Part shown: piece by piece, positions 56,352-64,000 of the stretch
Layout: each line of letters starts with the position of its first letter
Position numbering within the stretch: position 1 is the stretch's first letter
Origin: an uncultured Bacilli bacterium
GTDB taxonomy: Bacteria > Bacillota_I > Bacilli_A > RF39 > UBA660
Assembly (NCBI GenBank): GCA_947628235.1
Contig: CANQZC010000004.1
Span: 12,314-76,313 of the forward strand
Reading direction: 5' to 3'
DNA: 64,000 bases
Translations under genes and position numbers: made by a program
Notes under the pieces: generated by a model
The model's database searches: none
Told to the model about the DNA's origin: nothing
What the model saw: only the letters and a program-made list of their open reading frames with translations

Positions 56352-57211
56352 AAAAACAGATACCTCTTCTTGTTGCAGCCTTTTTCCTTGTCGGATTACT
56401 CTTTAGTTTTGACAATGAGTTTCGTCTTTCCAATCTAGCCGCAGATTCTGGTTGGGATACGGATTATGATTATGACTATGGTAGCGACTACGATTATGGT
56501 AGTGATTATGACTATGATTCAGGAAGTGATTATCACCATAGTTCTAGCAGTGGAGGATCAGATGCGGGTGGATCTGTTACCTTTGGTACGATTGTCATTG
56601 TTATCTTTCTTGTTGTTCTTGTTATCTGCATTCAAAATTCTAAGAAGAAAACAACGACAAGTAGTACTCCATCTAAGCCAGCTGGACCTTCTATCAATAC
56701 ACTTTTACCAACTACTCCAGAACTTCAAGGATATTTGGATAAAGCTTATAATATCTTTGTCAAGACACAAGAAGCTTGGACGAATTTTGATTATGATACC
56801 TTAAGAACTTTATTAACCGATGAACTTTATAATACTTACTATAGTCAATTAGGGGTTCTTTCTTTAAAAGGACAACAAAATATTATGTCAGACTTCGTTA
56901 TGAAAAAGATTGGCGCTGTTAGTAAAGAAACGGAAGGAAGTATTACTACTTTAAAAGTAGAATTAGAAGTAGAGTTCTATGACTATGTTGTAAATCAAAA
57001 TAAAGATGTTGTTCGTGGAAACAATCATCGTAAAGTAGATATGACTTATTTATTAACTTTCGTATGGGAAGAAAAATCTAGTGATACTTGTCCAGGATGT
57101 GGAGCATCTCTTACTGGCGGAGAAACGATTTGTCCATATTGTGGAAGTAATATTCAAGGAGTTGGTACTACTATGAGACTTTCTAAGAAGGAGAATTTAC
57201 GTCAACGATAA
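56321..57211 (+). CDS. Paralog of the ORF at 54985: a DYDYGS-repeat acidic tract, a TM, a Tim44-like domain and a zinc ribbon
   Basis: DSGWDTDYDYDYGSDYDYGSDYDYDSGSDY; C-terminal CPGCGASLTGGETICPYCGS. Confidence 0.45.
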   Translation: MGVSIMDTRMKKQIPLLVAAFFLVGLLFSFDNEFRLSNLAADSGWDTDYDYDYGSDYDYGSDYDYDSGSDYHHSSSSGGSDAGGSVTFGTIVIVIFLVVLVICIQNSKKKTTTSSTPSKPAGPSINTLLPTTPELQGYLDKAYNIFVKTQEAWTNFDYDTLRTLLTDELYNTYYSQLGVLSLKGQQNIMSDFVMKKIGAVSKETEGSITTLKVELEVEFYDYVVNQNKDVVRGNNHRKVDMTYLLTFVWEEKSSDTCPGCGASLTGGETICPYCGSNIQGVGTTMRLSKKENLRQR

Positions 57212-57250
57212 TCCGTTTGTGATATAATAAATTAGTAAGGTAGTGATAAA

Positions 57251-57556
57251 ATGGATGCTTTTGTTATATTATTTTTAGTCATTGTAATTATTTGTTGGTC
57301 TTGTTACCGAAGAAGGTTAGAAAAGGCTGCTTATGGAATCGCTGCTTTGGATTTAGGACTTCGCCTTTTCGCTTTTATTTCCACGCATATTGGAAAGAAT
57401 GAAGTAGCGACTTTCTTAGGAAGATTTCCAGATAGTTTATTATGGGTAGCAGATAAGTATATGGATGGTATTTTATATACTTTAGTTGCTTGGATGTTTG
57501 TTATCTTGATGATTTATTTCTTATTTTTAATCATTAGAGTATTTTTTAAAAAATAA
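57251..57556 (+). CDS. Small membrane protein
   Basis: ORF with 3 hydrophobic segments, preceded by TTTGTGATATAAT. Confidence 0.35.
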   Translation: MDAFVILFLVIVIICWSCYRRRLEKAAYGIAALDLGLRLFAFISTHIGKNEVATFLGRFPDSLLWVADKYMDGILYTLVAWMFVILMIYFLFLIIRVFFKK

Positions 57557-57616
57557 AAATACTCTTTTTTTGTTTTTAAAAACATTTGTTTGTGATATAA
57601 TGAGTTTGGTGATAGT

Positions 57617-58171
57617 ATGTACGAATATATGAAGGGCATCGTAACAGGGATAGAAAGTATGTATATCGTGTTAGAAAATCAAGGCGTAGGATACTTAATC
57701 TATGTTGGAAATCCTTATTCTTATACGGTAGGGAAAGAAGAGACTATCTATCTTTATCAACAAGTAAGAGAGGATGAACTAAGTCTTTATGGCTTTCATA
57801 CGAAGGAAGAAAAACAATTATTTTTAAAATTGATTGGAGTAAAAGGATTAGGCTGTAAAATGGCTCTTCCGATGTTAGCGAGTGGTTCTATCGATGGTAT
57901 TTTAGATGCGATTGAAAGAGAGAATATTCTATACTTAAAGAAATTTCCAAAGATTGGGGATAAAGTAGCTCGTCAAATTATTTTGGATTTAAAAGGAAAA
58001 CTAAGTTCTGATACAGTTTCTAGAGAAGATGCTTCCCTAGAAGAGTTAGTAGAAGTATTAGAAGGATTAGGATATAAAAATGGGGATATTAAGAAAGTAT
58101 TACCTCATATCCATAAGGAACTTTCTATTGAAGAACAGATTAAAGAGGCTTTAAAATTATTATTAAAATAG
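57617..58171 (+). CDS. ruvA: Holliday junction DNA helicase RuvA
   Basis: An N-terminal OB-like region and a helix-hairpin-helix region (KGLGCKMALPML). It is upstream of ruvB. Confidence 0.8.
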   Translation: MYEYMKGIVTGIESMYIVLENQGVGYLIYVGNPYSYTVGKEETIYLYQQVREDELSLYGFHTKEEKQLFLKLIGVKGLGCKMALPMLASGSIDGILDAIERENILYLKKFPKIGDKVARQIILDLKGKLSSDTVSREDASLEELVEVLEGLGYKNGDIKKVLPHIHKELSIEEQIKEALKLLLK

Positions 58172-58183
58172 GAGGGAGGATCT

Positions 58184-59191
58184 ATGGAAGATCGAATTTT
58201 AACTAGTGAAAAATTAGCAGAAGATAAATTAGAGACTAATATTCGTCCTGAAGAATTAGAGGAATATATTGGTCAAAAAGAAGTCAAAGAAAATTTAGAA
58301 ATCTTTATTAAAGCAGCGAAGATGCGGGAAGAACCATTAGATCATGTTCTTTTGTATGGCCCTCCCGGATTAGGAAAGACAACTCTTGCTTATATTATCG
58401 CACATGAATTAGGTAGTAATATTAAGACAACGAGTGGTCCTTCTATTGAAAAAAGTGGAGATTTAGCTGCCGTTCTTTCTAGTCTAGAACCTGGAGATGT
58501 TTTATTTATTGATGAAATACATAGAATTCCTCGGTTTATTGAAGAGATTTTATATTCTGCGATGGAAGATTTTACCTTAGATATTATCGTAGGAAGTGAT
58601 TCTAGTAGTAGAAATATTCGCATTGATTTACCCCCATTTACTTTGGTAGGAGCGACAACGAGAGCGGGAGATTTAACGGGACCTTTACGGGATCGTTTTG
58701 GCATTATCAATAAATTGAATTATTATAGTGTCGATGAGTTAAAACAGATAGCAAAGCGAACAGGACACGTTTTAGGGGTTGAAATTGAAGAAGATGCGGC
58801 TTTAGAACTCGCTAGAAGAAGTAGAGGAACACCTCGTATTGTCAATCGTCTTTTTAAACGAGTACGAGATTATGCTCTAGTGATGGGAAATGGGACGATG
58901 GATCTAGAGATTACGAAACTAGCTTTAGATAAATTAAAAGTAGATGGTTTAGGACTCGATGAGACAGACTATCATCTTTTAAAATCCATTATTGAAAAAT
59001 TTAATGGTGGTCCAGTCGGAATTGAAGCGATTGCTTCTTCCATTGGTGAAGAACAAACGACGATAGAAGATGTCTATGAGCCTTATTTATTGCAGACTGG
59101 TCTTTTAAAGAGAACAGCGCGAGGAAGAATGGTTACCAAAAAGGCTTATGAGCATTTAGGACTCCCTTATTTAGAGAAAGAAACGAAGTGA
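58184..59191 (+). CDS. ruvB: Holliday junction DNA helicase RuvB
   Basis: Walker [15 protein letters not shown]; Walker B LFIDEIHR. Confidence 0.9.
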   Translation: MEDRILTSEKLAEDKLETNIRPEELEEYIGQKEVKENLEIFIKAAKMREEPLDHVLLYGPPGLGKTTLAYIIAHELGSNIKTTSGPSIEKSGDLAAVLSSLEPGDVLFIDEIHRIPRFIEEILYSAMEDFTLDIIVGSDSSSRNIRIDLPPFTLVGATTRAGDLTGPLRDRFGIINKLNYYSVDELKQIAKRTGHVLGVEIEEDAALELARRSRGTPRIVNRLFKRVRDYALVMGNGTMDLEITKLALDKLKVDGLGLDETDYHLLKSIIEKFNGGPVGIEAIASSIGEEQTTIEDVYEPYLLQTGLLKRTARGRMVTKKAYEHLGLPYLEKETK

Positions 59192-59258
59192 TATAATTCC
59201 TTTGTTTTTTTTTAGGGAATATGGTATAATTTTAGTTGTTAGAAATTGAGGTTTTGTT

Positions 59259-59912
59259 ATGTTTATTGGGAAGTATAATCGTTCTGTTATTGTGACCTAT
59301 TTAGGGGTATTATCTACGATGATTGGAATTTATTTTGTATTGGGTTTTTCCACTCCTAAAATAACGGGTGCGATGATTTGTTTAATGTTATCAGGAATCT
59401 GTGATATGTTTGATGGAAAAATTGCTAGAATGTGTAAAAATAGAACAGAAGAAGATGTAGAGTATGGAATTCAAATCGATTCTTTAACAGATATGATTTC
59501 TTTTATTGCTTTCCCTATCGTTACACTCTATGGTGTAAGTGCCTATTTCGATGTGGCTTTAAATCCGATTGCCACAGTACTTGTAATTGCCTTATTTACC
59601 ATTGCTGGAATTAGTCGACTAGCGTTTTTTAATCTAGCTGCGAATAGTGAAGATGGACCAGTAAAATATTATTCTGGGTTACCTGTTACGACAACCGCCA
59701 TGATATTTCCAGTCATTTATCTTTTACGTTATGTAAAAGCGATATCTAAGACAGTGTTTGTAAGTATTTATTTAGGAGTATTCCTTTTAATTGCATTCTT
59801 GTTTGTATATAATTTTAAAATTAGAAAGCCAAAGAAAAACTGGTGGTATATCAGTTGTACGGTTCTTGCTATTGTCATGACCGTGATTCTTCTTTGGTTA
59901 AAGTTAAGATAA
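59259..59912 (+). CDS. pssA: CDP-alcohol phosphatidyltransferase, probably phosphatidylserine synthase
   Basis: GICDMFDGKIAR motif. It is polytopic and overlaps psd by 1 nt (TAATG). Confidence 0.6.
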   Translation: MFIGKYNRSVIVTYLGVLSTMIGIYFVLGFSTPKITGAMICLMLSGICDMFDGKIARMCKNRTEEDVEYGIQIDSLTDMISFIAFPIVTLYGVSAYFDVALNPIATVLVIALFTIAGISRLAFFNLAANSEDGPVKYYSGLPVTTTAMIFPVIYLLRYVKAISKTVFVSIYLGVFLLIAFLFVYNFKIRKPKKNWWYISCTVLAIVMTVILLWLKLR

Positions 59913-60769
59913 TGATCTATTTCAGAAAAGAGGGAACTTATGTAGAAGAAAAGACAAGTCGAGTTCTCCTTTTTTTCTATCAAACATTTCTCGGTAGAAT
60001 GCTATTAAAAGGATTAAGTGCAAGATTCATCAGTAATCTAGTAGGAAAGTATATGAGTAGTTCTCTTTCCAAACGAAGAATTCCAAAATTTATCGAAAAG
60101 AATCATATTCTCATGGAAGAATATGAAAAAGAAGAGTACTCTTCTTTTAATGATTTCTTTACTCGCAAAATCCAAGTAGAAAAGCGGCCTTGTCCAAAGA
60201 ATAAAAATCTTGTTTTATCTCCTGCAGATAGTCGTTTAACTGTCTATCCTATTGGAGAAGATTCTTGTTTTTGGATAAAAGGAAGTTGCTATACCCTAGA
60301 AGAATTGCTTCGTTCTTCTTTCTTAGCGCGTTCTTTTCAAGGAGGATATTGCTTTGTCTATCGATTATGTGTGGATGACTATCATCGATATGCTTATGTA
60401 GATGAAGGAAAGGTAGTATCTTCTCAAAGAATTGAAGGAAGACTTCATACCGTACAACCTATCGCTTTTAAAAAGTACCGAGTATTCCATGAAAATACTA
60501 GAGAATATATGGTTTTAAAAACAGAAAACTTTAAAACCATCATTCAAATGGAGGTAGGAGCCTTACTGGTTGGAAAAATCTGTAATCATTCAAAGAAGAC
60601 ATTCCATCGTGGAGAGGAGAAAGGATACTTTGCCTTTGGAGGCTCTACCGTCATTGTTCTTTATCCGAAAGATACTGTTATTCCAGATCAGGATATCTTA
60701 GAAAATTCTAAGAAAGAGATAGAGACAAAAGTAAAATTATTAGAAACAGTAGGAAGAAGGAAAATATGA
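59912..60769 (+). CDS. psd: Phosphatidylserine decarboxylase proenzyme
   Basis: The FGGST self-cleavage motif is near the C-terminus. The start is the ATG at 59912, not 59843. Confidence 0.7.
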   Translation: MIYFRKEGTYVEEKTSRVLLFFYQTFLGRMLLKGLSARFISNLVGKYMSSSLSKRRIPKFIEKNHILMEEYEKEEYSSFNDFFTRKIQVEKRPCPKNKNLVLSPADSRLTVYPIGEDSCFWIKGSCYTLEELLRSSFLARSFQGGYCFVYRLCVDDYHRYAYVDEGKVVSSQRIEGRLHTVQPIAFKKYRVFHENTREYMVLKTENFKTIIQMEVGALLVGKICNHSKKTFHRGEEKGYFAFGGSTVIVLYPKDTVIPDQDILENSKKEIETKVKLLETVGRRKI

Positions 60770-61491
60770 TATTTCGAAAGGCAGTTTTAATTATTCATGG
60801 ATTTGCGGGAGGAGTATATGATGAAGAATCTCTTCAGTATTATTTAAACTCGCGGATGGGAATAGATGTTTATAGTTTTACTCTCCCAGGACATGAGAGA
60901 AATCTAAGCCATGATGTTACTTATCAAGATTGGATTGATTCCACGGAAAAACATATTGAATTATTAATTCATAAAGGATATCGAACCATCTATGTTGTAG
61001 GGCATAGTATGGGAGGAGTTCTTGCTACTTATGCAGCTATTAAATATAAGCAAGTAAAGAAATTAGTGCTAGCTGCTCCAGCGTTTCAATATCTAGATGA
61101 ACATCCAGAATTTAAAAATAAACTGGATGCTTTGATGAAACATGGAATGTCTATCCTTAAAACCTATCAAGCGAAAGAGATTTTATCTAGAGTTTTAAAG
61201 GTTTCCGTACCCATGTTTTTAGAATTTACAAAATTGATTAATCTATCACAGGAGAACCCTTCTAAAGTAACGGTTCCTGTATTAATCTTTCAGGGAACGA
61301 AAGATGAAATTGTTCCCAAAACAAGTTCGCAATTTGTATATGATTCGGTAAAAGGTAAAAAATGGTTAATTTTTTTAGAGGGAACAACGCATGATATTTT
61401 TAAAGATCCCCAAGTCAATAAAATTAATCATGAGATTGAGAAATTTTTTGTTTCGCCCTTTTATCATGAAAAATCGATTAGAAAATGGTGA
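60766..61491 (+). CDS. Alpha/beta hydrolase (esterase/lipase-like)
   Basis: GHSMGG nucleophile elbow. Confidence 0.6.
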   Translation: MIFRKAVLIIHGFAGGVYDEESLQYYLNSRMGIDVYSFTLPGHERNLSHDVTYQDWIDSTEKHIELLIHKGYRTIYVVGHSMGGVLATYAAIKYKQVKKLVLAAPAFQYLDEHPEFKNKLDALMKHGMSILKTYQAKEILSRVLKVSVPMFLEFTKLINLSQENPSKVTVPVLIFQGTKDEIVPKTSSQFVYDSVKGKKWLIFLEGTTHDIFKDPQVNKINHEIEKFFVSPFYHEKSIRKW

Positions 61492-61494
61492 TGT

Positions 61495-62520
61495 ATGAAA
61501 ACAGATGATTTTGATTTTGAACTACCAGAGCGTTTAATTGCTCAGACTCCTCTCGAGAAGAGAGATGAATCTAGGCTTTTAGTACTTCATAAGACAACCG
61601 GAGATTTGGAACATAAACACTTTTCAGATATCTTAGAATATTTAAAAGAAGGCGATGTTTTAGTTCTAAATGATACTAAAGTAATGCCGGCTCGTCTTTA
61701 TGGAGTAAAAGAAGAGACGAAAGCTTTGATAGAGATTTTAATGTTGAAAGAACAAGAAAAAGATACATGGGAATGTCTTGTGAAACCAGCGAAACGAATT
61801 CATTTAGGAGAAACCGTAACTTTTTCATCCAAACTAAAGGCAACCTGTGTCGGGGTTGGAGAGGAAGGTATTCGCAAGTTTCGTTTTGAATATGAAGGAA
61901 TCTTCTATGAAATTTTAGAAGAGTTAGGAGAGATGCCTCTTCCTCCTTATATTCATGAAAAGTTAAAAGAAAAAGATCGTTATCAAACCGTGTATGCGAA
62001 AAATATAGGAAGTGCCGCTGCTCCTACCGCAGGACTTCATTTTACAAAAGAATTAATGCATCAGTTAGAAGAAAAAGGAGTTCTCTTAGTGTATATTACT
62101 CTCCATGTTGGCTTAGGAACTTTTCGTCCTGTCAATGTCGAAGATGTTACAAAGCATAAGATGCATAGTGAGTATTATCAGATGTCAAAAGAAGCAGCTG
62201 AGGTATTAAATACAGCCAAAAGGGAAGGACGAAGAATTATCAGTGTCGGAACAACTTCTACGCGTACCTTAGAGACGATTATGAAAAAATATCATACTTT
62301 TCAAGAATGTAGTGGATGGACAGATATCTTTATTTATCCAGGATATCAATTTGAAGCAATTGATGCTTTAATTACAAATTTCCATCTTCCTAAATCTACC
62401 TTGATTATGTTAGTTAGTGCGTTAGCAGGAAAAGAGAATATATTAAATGCATATCGTGAGGCTGTAGAAAAGGAATATCGCTTTTTCTCTTTTGGCGATA
62501 GTATGTTTATTTGCAATTAA
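61495..62520 (+). CDS. queA: S-adenosylmethionine:tRNA ribosyltransferase-isomerase
   Basis: [16 protein letters not shown]-terminus typical of QueA. Confidence 0.85.
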   Translation: MKTDDFDFELPERLIAQTPLEKRDESRLLVLHKTTGDLEHKHFSDILEYLKEGDVLVLNDTKVMPARLYGVKEETKALIEILMLKEQEKDTWECLVKPAKRIHLGETVTFSSKLKATCVGVGEEGIRKFRFEYEGIFYEILEELGEMPLPPYIHEKLKEKDRYQTVYAKNIGSAAAPTAGLHFTKELMHQLEEKGVLLVYITLHVGLGTFRPVNVEDVTKHKMHSEYYQMSKEAAEVLNTAKREGRRIISVGTTSTRTLETIMKKYHTFQECSGWTDIFIYPGYQFEAIDALITNFHLPKSTLIMLVSALAGKENILNAYREAVEKEYRFFSFGDSMFICN

Positions 62521-63464
62521 TTGACTTATTAAATAAATTATTACAAGAATACTTTTATGAGGATACCGAAGAAGTTGACTTTTCTTTTTTAAAGAATATG
62601 ACATCGATTGTTCGAACTCCTAAATTTCACTTACAAAAGCAAAGTTATCATAGTCATATGAGAATTTCTAGGAGTTTTTCACTAGCCAAGGAATTTTTAA
62701 CTACGGTTGACCCAAGATATGGAGAATACTTAGAACTTCTTATGACGAGTGGGAAAATTCATATTCATCCGAGAGTAGGAAAATATTTGGAATCTCTATC
62801 TTGTATGATTGCTAGTGAAGAGGACAAACAAATTGAATTTTATGCGACAGATACGATTGAAGATGCTTATACTTTTGCGCATGAAAGTATGCATAGTTGG
62901 AATTGTCGGGAAAAGAATCCTACCTATAATTGGGAATTGATGACAGAAGGAATGTCTATCTTAATAGAAAGTTTAGCGGAAGATTATTTTCGGGGAAAAT
63001 CCTTACGGGAGTATCGAAAGAATAAAAGGGATACTTATTATGCCTTACGAATAAAAGCGATTGCTTTAGAATTTGAAATTCGTCTACTCGAATTTTATCA
63101 ACTTTATCGTTATCTTGATGAAGAATTATTAGACCAAATATTTTCTGGCTTTCCTCACACGGTAGAAGATATTCTAACAAGAGATTTAGAACGTATTTGG
63201 GAAGATAAAGAATTACAATGTTACGATTTAGAAAGAAATGTAATAGGAGGCGTATTAGCGTCCTATATGCATCAAAGAATCTTAGAAAAACCATCTCGTA
63301 TTGGAGAATTTGTGGAACTAAATGATTCTTTAAACGAACTTGCTTTTGAAGATACTTTATACTATTTAGGACTAGAAGTATTGGATGTAGGTACTCTAGA
63401 ACTTAGTAAAGAATCTCAAAAACAATTACAAATGAGTTATCAAAAGGAATTACATAGATTATAA
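62511..63464 (+). CDS. HExxH-motif protein (putative zinc metallopeptidase-like); TTG start uncertain
   Basis: FAHESMHSW motif. It overlaps the queA end by 10 nt. Confidence 0.35.
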   Translation: MQLIDLLNKLLQEYFYEDTEEVDFSFLKNMTSIVRTPKFHLQKQSYHSHMRISRSFSLAKEFLTTVDPRYGEYLELLMTSGKIHIHPRVGKYLESLSCMIASEEDKQIEFYATDTIEDAYTFAHESMHSWNCREKNPTYNWELMTEGMSILIESLAEDYFRGKSLREYRKNKRDTYYALRIKAIALEFEIRLLEFYQLYRYLDEELLDQIFSGFPHTVEDILTRDLERIWEDKELQCYDLERNVIGGVLASYMHQRILEKPSRIGEFVELNDSLNELAFEDTLYYLGLEVLDVGTLELSKESQKQLQMSYQKELHRL

Positions 63465-63475
63465 GGAGGTAAAAT

Positions 63476-64000
63476 ATGAGAAATGTAGGAACTGTTGCAA
63501 GGGGAATTCGTACCCCAATTATTAAGGAGAATGATGATTTAGCGAGCATTGTCGTAGAATCATTAATGGAAGCATCTAAATCGGAACCTTTTTCGTTTAG
63601 AGATCGTGATATTGTCGCTATTACAGAGGCAGTAGTAGGAATTTCAGAAGGAAATTATGTCACAGTAGGTCAAATTGCAGAAGATGTAAAAAGAAAATTT
63701 CCAGAAGGGGAAGTTGGACTTGTTTTTCCAATTCTAAGTAGAAATCGTTTTTCTATGATTTTAAAAGGAATTGCTAGAGGAATGAAGAAAATTACAATGT
63801 TACTTAGTTTTCCAGCAGATGAGGTAGGAAATGGTATTCTAGACGAAGATAAACTAGAAGCAAGTCCTTATCATTTAGGAGATACTCTTACGGAAGCAGA
63901 TTATGAAAGAGAATTTGGAGACTTCATTCATCCTTTTACTGGAATTAATATGGTTCATTTTTATCGTGATTTAATTCATGGCGAAAATTGTGAAGTAGAA
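63476..64000 (+). CDS. 3-prime partial CDS, possibly a CofE/FPGS-like ligase family member
   Basis: The N-terminus VARGIRTPIIKENDDLASIV resembles CofE-like proteins. This is weak. Confidence 0.25.
   Translation, partial: MRNVGTVARGIRTPIIKENDDLASIVVESLMEASKSEPFSFRDRDIVAITEAVVGISEGNYVTVGQIAEDVKRKFPEGEVGLVFPILSRNRFSMILKGIARGMKKITMLLSFPADEVGNGILDEDKLEASPYHLGDTLTEADYEREFGDFIHPFTGINMVHFYRDLIHGENCEVE

Noticed and set aside
56466-56804. 112-aa plus-strand ORF
   Set aside because: It is an alternative frame inside the 56321..57211 paralog and is driven by the DYDYGS repeat region.

Overview
This is a low-GC chromosomal window of Firmicutes type. Sporulation-associated genes (spoVG, yabP, yabQ, a SpoIID-domain protein) point to a spore-forming lineage. 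All calls come from reading the ORF translations and the DNA by eye; no searches or computations were run. Left edge: the C-terminal end of a YfhO-like membrane protein, then scpB and scpA on the minus strand. From about 1.9 kb to 36.2 kb there is a roughly 34 kb accessory block, almost entirely on the plus strand, that appears to encode a composite envelope machine. Its parts are: (i) a Tad/Flp-like pilus module (TadE-like, CpaB/RcpC-like, CpaF/TadA ATPase, TadB-like, TadC-like, a small class-III-like pilin, two more TadE/F-like proteins, a degenerate TadZ-like protein); (ii) a tandem array of small secreted proteins that share a conserved two-helix hairpin with an invariant loop motif QKEDEIKKGQQTFIKRLI and paired cysteines, resembling VirB2/TrbC-type conjugative pilins; (iii) type IV secretion core components (VirB6-like polytopic protein, VirB3/PrgI-like protein, a VirB4 ATPase split into two overlapping ORFs, a CHAP-domain cell-wall hydrolase, a SpoIID plus C39-like second hydrolase, two lipoproteins, a VirD4/TraG-like coupling ATPase); and (iv) after rmuC, two large Cys-rich secreted proteins with unrelated ectodomains fused to the same hairpin domain. 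One more hairpin-family gene sits as an orphan about 8 kb to the right of the block, among sporulation and division genes. No relaxase, integrase, tRNA or phage structural gene was recognised, so this does not look like a canonical ICE or prophage. The rest of the window is housekeeping: rnr, two capA-like paralogs, smpB, spoVG, yabP, yabQ, a divIC-like gene, lemA, two U32 peptidases, greA, clpP, a TGS/uridine-kinase-like gene, gap, a prsW-like protease, infC-rpmI-rplT with a leader attenuator, clpB lacking its N-domain and preceded by a CIRCE element, a trio of zinc-ribbon proteins, ruvAB, pssA-psd, an alpha/beta hydrolase, queA and an HExxH protein. Several Rho-independent terminators and extended -10 promoters of the TGnTATAAT or TRTG type are visible.
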